From an uncultured Nitrospinota bacterium (GTDB lineage: Bacteria; Tectomicrobia; Entotheonellia; J063; CAVPRW01): DNA of 64,000 nucleotides. The first letter of the stretch is position 1. Each line of letters opens with the position of its first letter. The stretch is from NCBI GenBank assembly GCA_963707985.1, contig CAVPRW010000032.1, forward strand, positions 151,919-215,918, in the 5' to 3' direction. A program made the translations under genes and the position numbers. Below, in pieces: positions 18,837 to 29,106 of the stretch. The notes under the pieces are model-generated. The model saw only the letters and a program-made list of their open reading frames with translations. It did not search any database and was not told where the DNA came from.

Positions 18837-19535
18837 ATGGCCGAGTGGGCGATCGAAACACATGACTTGACGAAGCGCTATGGATACCGACCGGTCCTCA
18901 ATGGGGTTGATTTATTTGTCAAGCGAGGGGAATTTTTGGTCTTATTCGGCGCCAATGGCGCTGGGAAGAGCACGCTCATCCGTATTCTCTGCACGCTGAT
19001 GAAACCCTCTGGCGGGACCGCTAAAGTGGCGGGATACAGCATCGTTGACGACCCTGACAGAGTACGCGCCAGTATCGGGCTCATCGGCCACAGCAGCTAC
19101 CTGTACGAAGACCTGACGGCGGTTGAGAATATGCGCTTCTATCTGCGGATGCGCGGTGTCGATGCGGTCGAACGGCGGACGGCAGAGGCGCTGCGGGTAA
19201 CCGGATTGGAGCGTGCTATGGCGAATCAGGTACGCACGTTCTCGACCGGCATGAAAAAGCGGCTGTGCATTGCCAAGATCGTGGCGGACCCGCCGCACAT
19301 CCTGTTTTTAGACGAACCCTATAGCGGTTTGGACGAAGCAGGCATGCGCATGCTGAACCGTTTCCTGCTGACGCTGAAAACCGAGGGCTGCACGGTGTTC
19401 ATGGCCACCCATCACCGGGAACAGGGGCTAGCAACCGGAGACCGTGCCCTGTATCTGGAAGGTGGAAGGTTGCATGCCCAATTTCCGCTCTCCCCAGGAG
19501 AGGATCAGGGTGAGGGGGAATTGGGGGCGTCTTAA
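18837..19535 (+). CDS. ccmA: Heme exporter ATP-binding subunit
   Basis: GANGAGKST Walker A, FSTGMKKRL, LDEPYSGLD; first gene of the ccm run. Confidence 0.9.
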   Translation: MAEWAIETHDLTKRYGYRPVLNGVDLFVKRGEFLVLFGANGAGKSTLIRILCTLMKPSGGTAKVAGYSIVDDPDRVRASIGLIGHSSYLYEDLTAVENMRFYLRMRGVDAVERRTAEALRVTGLERAMANQVRTFSTGMKKRLCIAKIVADPPHILFLDEPYSGLDEAGMRMLNRFLLTLKTEGCTVFMATHHREQGLATGDRALYLEGGRLHAQFPLSPGEDQGEGELGAS

Positions 19536-19573
19536 GATCGCCCTCACCCCAGCCCTCTCCCGCAGGGAGAGGG
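19488..19573. repeat. Inverted pair of REP-like palindromes
   Basis: Degenerate copy at 19488-19516 and CCCTCACCCCAGCCCTCTCCCGCAGGGAGAGGG at 19541-19573. Confidence 0.8.
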
Positions 19574-19604
19574 AGTAAAAGCAAGGTATTTGAGGTTTCC
19601 TGGG

Positions 19605-20281
19605 ATGGCCGGTCTGCGCACGGTATACCTCTTGGTCACCAAAGATTTACTGGTGGAGCTCCGTAATCGCGAGACCTTCACCGTGATGCTGTTCTTTGCG
19701 GTCGTCATTTTGTTTCTGTTTCACTTTAGCTTGAACCCCGAGCGGGAGAATACGACCCAGCTTGCGCCTGGGCTGCTGTGGTTAGCCTTTGTCTTTACGG
19801 GTGTCTTGGGCCTGAGTCGTTCCTTTCAGGCCGAGCAGGCGAATGATTGCCTGGAACAGTTACTCCTCATCCCCGGCGATCGCGGGAACATTTTCCTGGG
19901 GAAACTCGTCGGAAACATGGCCTTCATGCTGGCCGTTGAGCTGTTGATCTTGCCGTTGTTCGCGCTGTTCTTCCAGCTCAACCTGTGGGAGGTGCTGCTC
20001 CCCCTGCTCCTGGTCGCAGTCCTCGGAACGTTCGGCTTCGCCGCCATCGGCACGCTGTTTTCGGCCTTGACCGCCAATCTGCGTGCACGTGAAGTGTTGT
20101 TTCCCCTGCTCCTGTTCCCCTTAGTCGTACCGGTAATTATCGGAGCCGTCACGGCGACCGGGGTCATTCTAGGGGGGGAACGCTCGGCGAGGCCAGCGGC
20201 TGGTTGAAGCTCTTAGGGGCATTTGATACGATATTCCTGGTTGTGGCCTATCTGACTTTCGAGTTTGTGGTGGAACAGTGA
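19605..20281 (+). CDS. ccmB: Heme exporter permease; frameshift at the G7 run near 20175
   Basis: KDLLVELRNRE...APGLLWLA...REVLFPLLLFPLVVPV; shifted frame ends WLKLLGAFDTIF. Confidence 0.9.
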
Positions 20282-20982
20282 CAGCGGAAAGCCCCATGAT
20301 CGGACGATACCTGGCCAATGGACTCGGGATGCTGGCACTGCTCACCGTGCTGATCGGCCTTTACCTGGCATTCGTTTATGCCCCCGCCGACATGCTTCAG
20401 GGCGATGTGCAGCGCATCATGTATATCCACGTGCCAACCGCGTGGGTCGCCTTTTTCGCCTTTTTCGTGGTCTTCGTGTCGAGTCTCGTGTACCTCTGGA
20501 AACGCCTTCCGGAGGCCGATCGGCTGGCCTACGCCTCGGCTGAGATCGGCGTGCTGTTTACGGGGTTGACGCTGATCGATGGGTCGATCTGGGGCAAACC
20601 GACGTGGGGGATCTGGTGGACGTGGGATGCGCGTTTGACCACCACGGCGATCTTGTTCGTGATTTATGTCGGGTACCTCATGTTACGGTCCTTCGTCGAG
20701 GAACCCGAGCGCCGGGCGCGCTTGGCGGCCCTGGTGGGGATCGTCGGATTTATCGATGTGCCAATTATCTACATGTCGGTCTTGTGGTTTCGCACGCTGC
20801 ACCAGCCGCCATCGATCCAACGTGGCGGGGCCTCGATGCCGGATCCCATGTTATTTACGCTGCTGTTCAACTTTGGGGCATACACGCTGGTGTATCTGTT
20901 TTTCCTGGTGAAGCGGGTGCGGCTCGAAAGCCTGAACGCCATCGTTGAGGCACTTATCGCGGAGAAAGCCGTCCATGACTAA
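20278..20982 (+). CDS. ccmC: Heme chaperone loader CcmC
   Basis: [25 protein letters not shown] (WWD motif), RTLHQP. Confidence 0.95.
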   Translation: MTAESPMIGRYLANGLGMLALLTVLIGLYLAFVYAPADMLQGDVQRIMYIHVPTAWVAFFAFFVVFVSSLVYLWKRLPEADRLAYASAEIGVLFTGLTLIDGSIWGKPTWGIWWTWDARLTTTAILFVIYVGYLMLRSFVEEPERRARLAALVGIVGFIDVPIIYMSVLWFRTLHQPPSIQRGGASMPDPMLFTLLFNFGAYTLVYLFFLVKRVRLESLNAIVEALIAEKAVHD

Positions 20983-21127
20983 TGTGGGATACATCATCGC
21001 GGCCTATGTGATCACGCTCGGGGCCCTGGCTCTGTATGGGTTGCAGCTCTGGAGCCGCCTACGCTCTGTGGAGCGCCAGGTGGCCGCATCGACAGCCGAT
21101 GAGGGACTGCATTATGGCCGCCGGTAA
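20975..21127 (+). CDS. ccmD: Small single-TM heme exporter protein
   Basis: 50-aa [18 protein letters not shown] tail, between ccmC and ccmE. Confidence 0.7.
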   Translation: MTNVGYIIAAYVITLGALALYGLQLWSRLRSVERQVAASTADEGLHYGRR

Positions 21128-21587
21128 TCGTCGTACACGCAGGCTGAAGCTCCTGATTGGCGCGACGGTGATCGCCGCCTGTGTGGGCTATCTTGTTTAT
21201 GGAGGCATTCAGGAGACCATCGTATACTTCGTCACCCCGAGCGAGCTGCACGCCAAAGGGACGTCAGCCTTCGGCAAATCGTTGCGACTGGGAGGTCTGG
21301 TGAAAGCGGGGAGTTGGACTAAGGAACCGGGGACCTTGTTCCATACCTTCGACTTGGTCGATGACACGTCGACGGTGAGGGTGGCATATCGCGGCATCCC
21401 GCCCGATCTCTTCGGTGAGGGTCGTGGCGCCTTAGTGGAGGGGAGTTACGGTGCGGATGGTTTATTTCAAGCGAAGACCATCCTGGCCAAACATTCCGAG
21501 GACTATAAGGCGACCGAAGACCATGCCTCCAAGGACGCGCGGGAGATGATGTATAACTCCGTGACCAAAGGAAGTCAGTCGCAGTAG
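21114..21587 (+). CDS. ccmE: Heme chaperone CcmE
   Basis: YFVTPSE, RLGGLV, PDLFGEG, LAKHSEDY (HxxxY). Confidence 0.95.
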   Translation: MAAGNRRTRRLKLLIGATVIAACVGYLVYGGIQETIVYFVTPSELHAKGTSAFGKSLRLGGLVKAGSWTKEPGTLFHTFDLVDDTSTVRVAYRGIPPDLFGEGRGALVEGSYGADGLFQAKTILAKHSEDYKATEDHASKDAREMMYNSVTKGSQSQ

Positions 21588-21592
21588 TTGTC

Positions 21593-21625
21593 CCCTCTCC
21601 CTCTGGGAGAGGGTTAGGGTGAGGG
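21593..21625. repeat. REP-like palindrome
   Basis: CCCTCTCCCTCTGGGAGAGGGTTAGGGTGAGGG. Confidence 0.85.
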
Positions 21626-21645
21626 AGAGGGAGAAAGGCACAGCA

Positions 21646-23649
21646 ATGATCAGCCAACTGGGATCCCTATTGCTGATGATCAGCCTGGTAGTGGCTGTTT
21701 ATGGCATCGTCGCTGCGGCATTGGGGGCACACCTCGGTCGCTGGGAGTTTGTGGCCAGCGCCTACCGGGCGGTGCTCTGGCTCTTCGGACTGGTGACAGT
21801 AGCGGCTTTATTGCTCGTGGCCGCGCTGCTCACCTATGATTTCAGCATCGCCTATGTGGCCCGTAACACCCTACGTGGCACGCCCCTGTACTACCGTGTG
21901 ACCGCCCTCTGGGGTTCCCTCGAGGGCTCGCTGCTGCTCTGGCAATGGCTGCTGTCAATGTTTTCGGCGGCGGTGGTCCTCAGCCAGCGGCGCAAGCTTC
22001 GCGAGTTGATGCCCTACGCTGTGGCCGTGCTGCTCACGGTGTCGGCCTTCTTCCTGTTTATCATGGTCGTCCCCGCCAACCCTTTCCGGGCACAATTCCC
22101 CATTCCCGCGGACGGCCGTGGTTTGAATCCCCTGCTGCTCACCACCAGCATGATTTTCCACCCAGTGTTTCTCTATCTGGGGTTCGTCGGCTTCACCATT
22201 CCTTTCGCCTTTGCCATCGGGGCACTTATCTCGGGGCGATTCGGTGACGAGTGGATCATCGCCACTCGCCGCTGGACCGTCATGGCATGGTATTTTCTGA
22301 CCGTGGGAATTCTGATCGGCGGCTGGTGGGCCTATACCACGCTGGGGTGGGGCGGTTATTGGGCCTGGGATCCGGTGGAGAACGCCTCATTCATGCCATG
22401 GCTGCTGGGCACGGCGTTTTTGCACTCGGTGATGATCCAGGAATATCGCAAGATGTTGAAAACCTGGAATCTGACCCTGATCATCATGACGTTTGCCATG
22501 ACCATGTTTGGCACCTTTTTGACGCGTAGCGGCATTATCTCCTCGGTGCACGCCTTCTCGAACTCGACGCTGGGAACCTATTTCCTGATGTTCATCGGCT
22601 TGCTGCTGCTCTTCTCCTTTGCGGCACTGGTGTATCGCCTCGACGAGTTACGCGGGCAGGCAGAGCTCGATTCCATGTTGTCACGCGAGACAATCTTCCT
22701 GGCCAACAATGTGATTCTGGTGGTGATCACCTTCACCATTTTTCTGGGGACGCTTTTTCCGGTGCTGGCGGAGGCGGTACGCGGCGTCAAAGCAAGCGTC
22801 GGCGCGCCATTTTTCAATAAGGTCACTGTGCCGCTCGCCTATGCACTGTTGGTGTTGATGGGGGTGGGGCCACTGATCGCCTGGCGGCGGGCTTCATGGG
22901 ATAATCTGAAACGCAATTTTACCTATCCGCTACTGGCTGCGGCATTGGTCGCCGTGAGCGCCATCTTCTGGACGCGCAACCCCTATGCCCTGATCTCCTT
23001 CAGCGTCTGTGCGTTCGTCACTGGCACAATCGTCTTTGAGTTCTACAAGGGCGTGCACGCCCGTCGTCAACTCGTCCCTGGCACCAGCGTGTTACAGGCG
23101 CTGTGGACCTTGTTCACACGCAATCGGCGACGCTACGGGGGCTTTGTCGTGCACTTCGGGGTGGTGGTGACCATCATTGGTATTACCGTATCCTCGAACT
23201 TCACCATCGAGAAGGAGGTCCGCATGGCACGCGGCGAGGTCGTGCACGTCGGCAATTACGATTTGCGCTATGAGGGTCGGCGGGCCTACAACGAGGTGTA
23301 TCGCGAGGTCGTCTGGACCGATTTCACCGTGCTGCGCAATGGACGAGAAGTCACCAAGCTTGCAGCCGGCAAGTCGTTTCATCCCAATGAACAACAACCG
23401 ATCGCACAGGTCGGCATCCGCTCCACCCCATGGGAAGATCTCTACCTCACTCTGGGTGGCGTTGAACCGGATGGCTCCGCAGCGACGCTGAAGGTGATGG
23501 TCAAACCCATGGTGATGTGGATCTGGATTGGCGGCCTCATTATCACGTTTGGGGCGCTGATCACCATCATTCCGAGTCGTACTGGGAAGGTACCGACCGC
23601 GCCAACACTCGATCTCGCGGCCCGTGAGGCCGTGGGATCCGTACACTAA
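21646..23649 (+). CDS. ccmF: Cytochrome c heme lyase CcmF
   Basis: WGSLEGSLLLW, GLNPLL, WGGYWAWDPVENAS, SVHAF. Confidence 0.97.
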   Translation: MISQLGSLLLMISLVVAVYGIVAAALGAHLGRWEFVASAYRAVLWLFGLVTVAALLLVAALLTYDFSIAYVARNTLRGTPLYYRVTALWGSLEGSLLLWQWLLSMFSAAVVLSQRRKLRELMPYAVAVLLTVSAFFLFIMVVPANPFRAQFPIPADGRGLNPLLLTTSMIFHPVFLYLGFVGFTIPFAFAIGALISGRFGDEWIIATRRWTVMAWYFLTVGILIGGWWAYTTLGWGGYWAWDPVENASFMPWLLGTAFLHSVMIQEYRKMLKTWNLTLIIMTFAMTMFGTFLTRSGIISSVHAFSNSTLGTYFLMFIGLLLLFSFAALVYRLDELRGQAELDSMLSRETIFLANNVILVVITFTIFLGTLFPVLAEAVRGVKASVGAPFFNKVTVPLAYALLVLMGVGPLIAWRRASWDNLKRNFTYPLLAAALVAVSAIFWTRNPYALISFSVCAFVTGTIVFEFYKGVHARRQLVPGTSVLQALWTLFTRNRRRYGGFVVHFGVVVTIIGITVSSNFTIEKEVRMARGEVVHVGNYDLRYEGRRAYNEVYREVVWTDFTVLRNGREVTKLAAGKSFHPNEQQPIAQVGIRSTPWEDLYLTLGGVEPDGSAATLKVMVKPMVMWIWIGGLIITFGALITIIPSRTGKVPTAPTLDLAAREAVGSVH

Positions 23650-23660
23650 TCCGGTGCGAG

Positions 23661-24197
23661 ATGATGGTGAAGAAAGTCCTGATCCTCGTCGCGATCCTGC
23701 CGGTGTTAGCTTTACTAGCTTATGCCTTAACCCTTGATCCGCGGTCGATCCCCTCGCCGTTGGTTGGACGCCAGGCCGGCGATTTTACCTTATCATTGTT
23801 CAACGGCGGCAGGTTCACGTTGGCGGAACAGCGGGGCAAGGTCGTGGTGCTCAATGTATGGTCGTCATGGTGCATCCCGGCATGCTACAATGAGGCTCCT
23901 GCACTGGAGGCGGCGTGGCAACGCTTCCGCAGTCGAGACGTGGTGGTCGTCGGCGTCAACTATCAGGATCGTGACGCTCCGGCGCGGGAATTTTTAGCGC
24001 GGTTCAAGCATAGTTTTCCCAACGGGCCGGATATCGGCAGCAAAATCTCCATCGAATACGGCGTCCGGGGAGTGCCAGAGACGTTTTTGATCGATCGTGA
24101 CGGCCGGATTGCCTACAGACATGTGGGCGAAATTTCTCTGCCGATCCTGGTCCAACATATCGAGCAGCTGTTAGAGCAATCCGGAGGCACGTCATGA
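23661..24197 (+). CDS. ccmG: CcmG/TlpA-like thiol-disulfide oxidoreductase with a CxxxC active site
   Basis: GKVVVLNVWSSWCIPAC, YGVRGVPETFLID; follows ccmF. Confidence 0.85.
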   Translation: MMVKKVLILVAILPVLALLAYALTLDPRSIPSPLVGRQAGDFTLSLFNGGRFTLAEQRGKVVVLNVWSSWCIPACYNEAPALEAAWQRFRSRDVVVVGVNYQDRDAPAREFLARFKHSFPNGPDIGSKISIEYGVRGVPETFLIDRDGRIAYRHVGEISLPILVQHIEQLLEQSGGTS

Positions 24198-24252
24198 AGG
24201 GGGATAGGCGCCACGTTAAGGATGGAGACAGCCAGGGCCAGGCCCTTTGCCT

Positions 24253-24347
24253 CCCTCTCCCTGTGGGAGAGGGCCGGGGTGAGGGAAGCCAAACCAGTCG
24301 ACTATGCCCTGCCGCCCTCACCCTCACCCTCTCCCAGAGGGAGAGGG
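24253..24347. repeat. Inverted pair of REP-like palindromes
   Basis: 24253-24285 and its reverse-complement partner 24315-24347. Confidence 0.85.
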
Positions 24348-24445
24348 TACACCGTCAAGGTACTTATCCTAGCGTCTATACCATCAGGGAAAGAGGCGAG
24401 AGATGTCAGCAGCGTAGAAGAGGTTCGCCCTGCAGTTGGTTGGCG

Positions 24446-24898
24446 ATGTTGGGCTTGACGGGACTCGTCATGATGTGCTGCCTCCCCCTCAGCCTGGGAG
24501 CGACGTCATCGGACCTGGAAGCACAAGTCCACGACCTCGCCACGCAACTGCGCTGCCCTGTCTGCCAGGGGCTGTCCGTGGGGGACTCCCCCTCAGAATT
24601 GGCCAATGAGATGCGCACCCTGGTACGGGAGCAATTGCAGCAGGGTAAAACTCCGGCGGAGGTGCTGGATTACTTTGCTCAGCGCTACGGCGAGTGGATT
24701 TTGCTGGCACCGCCCAAGCATGGCTTTAACCTGGTGATCTGGGTTTTGCCGTTCGTCCTGCTGCCGATCGGGGCCGCTATCGTCTATGTGGGAGCGCGTC
24801 GTTGGGTACGCAGATCTGCGGCGGCCGAACCATCGTCACGGCAAGTGGATTCGCCGTACGCTGAGCGCTTACAACGCGAGCTTGATTCATATCAATAG
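24446..24898 (+). CDS. ccmH: CcmH (the ORF is open from 24194)
   Basis: LRCPVCQGLSVGDSPSELA...RYGEWILLAPP. Confidence 0.92.
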   Translation: MLGLTGLVMMCCLPLSLGATSSDLEAQVHDLATQLRCPVCQGLSVGDSPSELANEMRTLVREQLQQGKTPAEVLDYFAQRYGEWILLAPPKHGFNLVIWVLPFVLLPIGAAIVYVGARRWVRRSAAAEPSSRQVDSPYAERLQRELDSYQ

Positions 24899-24907
24899 GC
24901 AACAAGT

Positions 24908-25867
24908 GTGATCATCACTATCATAGCGATTGTCATCACATTGGGAACCGTGGCGTACCTCGGTTATCCGATCATACGTCGTGATCGCACCTATGCCCCC
25001 GATCAGACTGACGGTGTCGCCATGCTGCACGACCTACGCGCGGAGAAAGATACCGTTCTACGAGCCATTAAAGACCTCGAATTCGACCTGGCCTCTGGCA
25101 AGCTCTCGAACGAAGACTACAGCGCCATGCGGAGCAAATACGAAGCGCGGGCGATGGATATCATACAGGACCTTGATACGCAGGAAGCGGCATTGCAGAA
25201 GTCGCCACAGCCTCCTGTCCCGCCTGGACATCCCACCCCTAGTCGAGCCAGGGCTGCTGGTGAGCGCTGGCCCCGTCCACTGTTCGCGGCGTCGGTGATC
25301 GGCTTGCTCATCGCGATCGTTGGTGGCGGGGGATTTTTACTCGGACGTGTGACCCAGGGAACAGCCGAGGAGGGGATGGCGCGCGAGTCTGCGCCGGGGG
25401 ATACGGGCGACGGGGCTCAGATGATCACGGCGCTAGAAGCCCGATTGGCCCAGAATCCTCGCGATCTTGAGGCCCTGGTCGGTCTTGGTCGCGTATACTT
25501 ACAGACGGGGCAGGTGGCCAAGGCCATTGACCTCTATAAGCGCGCACTGGAAATCGACGCCACTAACGTGTCGGCCCTGAGCGGCATGGCGATGATTCTG
25601 GCCCAAGCCGGCCATAGCGATCAGGCGCTGACGTTATTCGATCGCGTGCTGGCGATCAACCCCCAGGTGCCCATGGCTTTGCTCTTCAAGGGCCGTATTC
25701 TGTACGAGGACAAGAAAGATTACACCGCAGCGATCGCCAGCTGGGAGCAATTTTTGCGCATCATGCCTCAAGGTGGTCCTGCGGATGTGGTGCGAGGTTG
25801 GATCGAAGACGCACGGCGCGAAGCGCGGAAAGTGGAAGGGGATGACCAATCGATCAAGGTACCCTGA
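24908..25867 (+). CDS. ccmI: CcmI/CycH-like TPR protein
   Basis: Two TM segments, DLEFDLASGKLSNEDY loop, C-terminal TPR repeats. Confidence 0.8.
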   Translation: MIITIIAIVITLGTVAYLGYPIIRRDRTYAPDQTDGVAMLHDLRAEKDTVLRAIKDLEFDLASGKLSNEDYSAMRSKYEARAMDIIQDLDTQEAALQKSPQPPVPPGHPTPSRARAAGERWPRPLFAASVIGLLIAIVGGGGFLLGRVTQGTAEEGMARESAPGDTGDGAQMITALEARLAQNPRDLEALVGLGRVYLQTGQVAKAIDLYKRALEIDATNVSALSGMAMILAQAGHSDQALTLFDRVLAINPQVPMALLFKGRILYEDKKDYTAAIASWEQFLRIMPQGGPADVVRGWIEDARREARKVEGDDQSIKVP

Positions 25868-25938
25868 GAGCCAGCGGAAAGGCTGAGTCGCTCCTTGGGG
25901 TACATATGCGAGGTCGAGGAGGGAGGAGGACAGACGCG

Positions 25939-26493
25939 ATGGGGGAAGGGACGCAGCAGGCCCTTAGACGGACGGCGCAGGCGAGTGGAAAAGACGTGTC
26001 GGTGTGGTATCGGCGTGATGTATTTTCGGCGGCGGGCTGGGCTGCAGTGTTTGTGGCGACCATGACCGGGTTGATGGGGTTTATGCGTTACATGTTTCCT
26101 CGCGTGCTGTTTGAGCCTCCTACGACGTTTAAGGCGGGGTTCCCAACAGAGTATGCTCTGGGCGCCGTAAACGAAAAGTTCAAGAAGGATCAGCGTGTCT
26201 GGATCGTGCGTCAGGAGGATGGAAATTTCTTCGCCATCTCGGCGATCTGTACCCATCTGGGCTGTACGCCGAACTGGTTCGCCACCGACAACAAATTCAA
26301 GTGCCCGTGTCACGGCAGCGGTTTTTATCGCGATGGCACCAATTACGAAGGGCCGGCGCCGCGTCCCCTCGACCGCTTCAAGCTCAGTCTGGATGCTGAC
26401 GGTCGTCTGGTGGTCGACAAAGGTGTGGTCTTTCGCATGGCGCCTGGGCGCCTTCCGAACGAACAGTACCCACAGAGCATTTTCAAGGTATAA
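25939..26493 (+). CDS. Rieske [2Fe-2S] protein (cytochrome bc-type subunit)
   Basis: CTHLGC and CPCHGS boxes, GPAPRPL; RR-type N-terminal anchor. Confidence 0.93.
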   Translation: MGEGTQQALRRTAQASGKDVSVWYRRDVFSAAGWAAVFVATMTGLMGFMRYMFPRVLFEPPTTFKAGFPTEYALGAVNEKFKKDQRVWIVRQEDGNFFAISAICTHLGCTPNWFATDNKFKCPCHGSGFYRDGTNYEGPAPRPLDRFKLSLDADGRLVVDKGVVFRMAPGRLPNEQYPQSIFKV

Positions 26494-26512
26494 GCATCAG
26501 CCACCCGATGCT

Positions 26513-26549
26513 AGGCCTCCTGTAGATTTGCAGACGGGAGGCCTTTTTT
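26513..26549 (+). terminator. Intrinsic terminator
   Basis: AGGCCTCC...GGAGGCCT stem followed by a T run. Confidence 0.75.
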
Positions 26550-26563
26550 ATGAGGAGCGCGGC

Positions 26564-27349
26564 ATGCTGACAACAGGACAGATTGAACAGCTGGCGACGC
26601 AGATATTAGCCCGATTCGACAGAGTTCAGACCGTCGACGCAATGGCCACAGACTTGGCCCGCCTCGGGATCGAAGATGCCTACCGTGTCCAGCTTGCCCT
26701 GGTCGACCAGCGCTGCGCACGAGGAGAGCGGATTGTCGGCCGCAAGGTGGCGTTCACGAGCCGCGGCACGATGAGCCAATTCGGTGTCACCGAGTCAGCA
26801 TTCGGGAGCATTCTCAGCGGTGGGGTCTTCACAGACGGCGACGCTGTGCCTGTTTCCCGCTTTCCGGCCGTAGGAGCCGAGGCCGAAGTGGGCTTCGTCA
26901 TCGGTGAGGAGATCAGAGGCCCAGGGGTCACCATCGCACAGGTGCTCAAGGCGACGGCAGGTGTGGTGCCGGCCATGGAGATCATCAATCTCTGCATTAC
27001 TCATACTCCTTGGAGCGCTCTGGAGGTCATTGCCACCAACGCGGTGCATGGAGGTATCGTCCTGGGGGGACAGCTCACCCCTCTCGATGGACTGAATTTA
27101 CGCTATGAAGGGATGGTGGCCGAGGTCGATGGCGAGCCCGTCGGTTCGGGCGCAGGGGTTGAAGTGCTCGGCCACCCCGCCACGGCAGTGGCATGGCTGG
27201 CAAACAAGCTCGCCGATTTCGAGCTCGCCCTGCGCCCCGGTGATATCGTGCTCAGTGGCTCGATCATTCGCATGCTCGAGGTCAACGCCGGCCAGACAGT
27301 GAAGGTGACCTTCAGTCGCATCGGCACGGTTGGGGCGCGCTTCGTCTAG
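26564..27349 (+). CDS. 2-keto-4-pentenoate hydratase / FAH-family protein
   Basis: AYRVQ...GRKVAFTS...EAEVGF...LGHPATAVAWLANKL...LSGS. Confidence 0.88.
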   Translation: MLTTGQIEQLATQILARFDRVQTVDAMATDLARLGIEDAYRVQLALVDQRCARGERIVGRKVAFTSRGTMSQFGVTESAFGSILSGGVFTDGDAVPVSRFPAVGAEAEVGFVIGEEIRGPGVTIAQVLKATAGVVPAMEIINLCITHTPWSALEVIATNAVHGGIVLGGQLTPLDGLNLRYEGMVAEVDGEPVGSGAGVEVLGHPATAVAWLANKLADFELALRPGDIVLSGSIIRMLEVNAGQTVKVTFSRIGTVGARFV

Positions 27350-27577
27350 CCTCACCTTCGCCGAGCCCAAGTGTATCCCGCAACAGCGCGTTGGTTTTGC
27401 GAGGCCCCAAGCAGTGCTGCAGCATCCCAGTGGCCCGGATCGAGGACCCCAGCCAGGGAGTGTTTCTGACACACCCCCAGACGGCCACGCCCCATGCCAG
27501 AGCGGATCACCTGGGCCGTTGCTATGACGCACCCTCCGCGCCCATCTCTTATATGCGCATGGAAAGATTTCCGGTGT

Positions 27578-28930
27578 TCAATACTTGTAAAAGTGCTGAT
27601 CGAGCTCAAATTCCAGGCCCTGATCTTTAAAGCTCTCCACCTCGGCCCGTTTCACCAAGAGGTATTCGTGCGCCAGCGGTGCGCCTAGCGCTTCCGTAAG
27701 CATGTCGTCTTCCTCTAGTGCCACCAGAGCTTCGTCCAATGTTAATGGTAGACGGACGGCCCCCATACGCTCGCGTTCCTCTTCAGAGAGCGTGGCTGGG
27801 TCCACGGTCATCGCCTCCGGCGGCTTGAGGTTGTGTTTAATGCCGTCCAGACAGGCGGCAATCAATGCGCCCAGAGCCAGATATGGATTGCAGGAGGCAT
27901 CACACGGCTTGAGCTCGAAGTTGGTCGATGCCGCCTCGCGTCCCCAGAACACCGATGGGATGCGCAGGGCGGCTTCGCGATTATCAGGCCCATAACAATT
28001 GTAGGCAGAGCTCCAGGAGCGCGGCTGCAGCCGCCGATAGGAGTTAACTGTCGGCGCGGTCACGGCTACCAGCCCTCGCAAGTGGGCCAACACCCCGCCG
28101 ATCGCCTGGTAACCCAGGGGACTAATACCATAAGCACCCGAGGGATCGCTCAGCACATTCTGCCCACTGGCTGTATCCCACAGGCTGATATGGATGTGAC
28201 AGCCGCTCCCCGCTTGATCAGGGAAGGGTTTGGGAGCAAATGTGGCATAGACGCCGTGGCTGGCGGCCACTCCACGCACCGTTTCACGCACCACCAGCTG
28301 CTGATCGGCCGCAGCCAAGGCATCGGTATGCTGCACCGAGATTTCTTGCTGGCCAGGTCCGAGCTCCGGATAGTATTGCTGCACGACGACGCTCTGCTTC
28401 TCCAAGGCTTCGACGATGTCAATAATGATGGGGGTGGCGCTGTCCATGCCAATCGCGCTAAAGCAGTTACTCCGATCAAAGGGCATGAACCGACCTTCAT
28501 TATCCACACGCGCTAAATAGAATTCGTTCTCAAAGGCAGCAACCACCCGCAAACCGTGCGCAGCCGCCTCGGCGATCATACGCTTGAGGAAGCTACGTGG
28601 GCAGATCGACCACGGGGTACGATCAAGCTGCAGCATATCAACCAGCACTCGGGCGCTTTTCGGCGCATAGGAGAGGATTGCAAAGGTGTCAAGGTCCGGC
28701 ACCAGACGGATCTCGCCCACGGGCCCGAAGGTGCCGTCGGCGGCCAGGCGGTCGAGCATGGTGAAGGACTGCATGGCCACCGTCAGCCCAATGCCAGCCT
28801 CTAACGCCCCATCCAAGGCTTCAACAGCGGCGGCTTTGCCACGGATTAACCCATCGTTACCGCAGTACAGGAAGCGCACCAGCTTCACCCCAGCCTGCCG
28901 CGCCTGCAGCAGGATCGTCTGTCGGTCCAT
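27578..28930 (-). CDS. Glutamine synthetase-family (gamma-glutamyl-amine ligase-like) protein
   Basis: ENEFY, PELGPGQQE, FAPKPF..AGSGCHIHISLW, NSYRRL, DNREAALR, NPYLA. Confidence 0.92.
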   Translation of the reverse strand: MDRQTILLQARQAGVKLVRFLYCGNDGLIRGKAAAVEALDGALEAGIGLTVAMQSFTMLDRLAADGTFGPVGEIRLVPDLDTFAILSYAPKSARVLVDMLQLDRTPWSICPRSFLKRMIAEAAAHGLRVVAAFENEFYLARVDNEGRFMPFDRSNCFSAIGMDSATPIIIDIVEALEKQSVVVQQYYPELGPGQQEISVQHTDALAAADQQLVVRETVRGVAASHGVYATFAPKPFPDQAGSGCHIHISLWDTASGQNVLSDPSGAYGISPLGYQAIGGVLAHLRGLVAVTAPTVNSYRRLQPRSWSSAYNCYGPDNREAALRIPSVFWGREAASTNFELKPCDASCNPYLALGALIAACLDGIKHNLKPPEAMTVDPATLSEEERERMGAVRLPLTLDEALVALEEDDMLTEALGAPLAHEYLLVKRAEVESFKDQGLEFELDQHFYKY

Positions 28931-29106
28931 GCGGATCTCCTTGTCTGCTGCCAGGATGGCGGGCGTCGCACTCCGATGCCCACCTTGCATCGATTGATGT
29001 TATTATACAGAGATCACCCGAGCACTTGAAGCGATTTCCCCGGCAGCAGTGATGCTACCGAACCCTGGGAAGCTCTGCCCCACATCGTCAACGAACGGGA
29101 TGGTCG

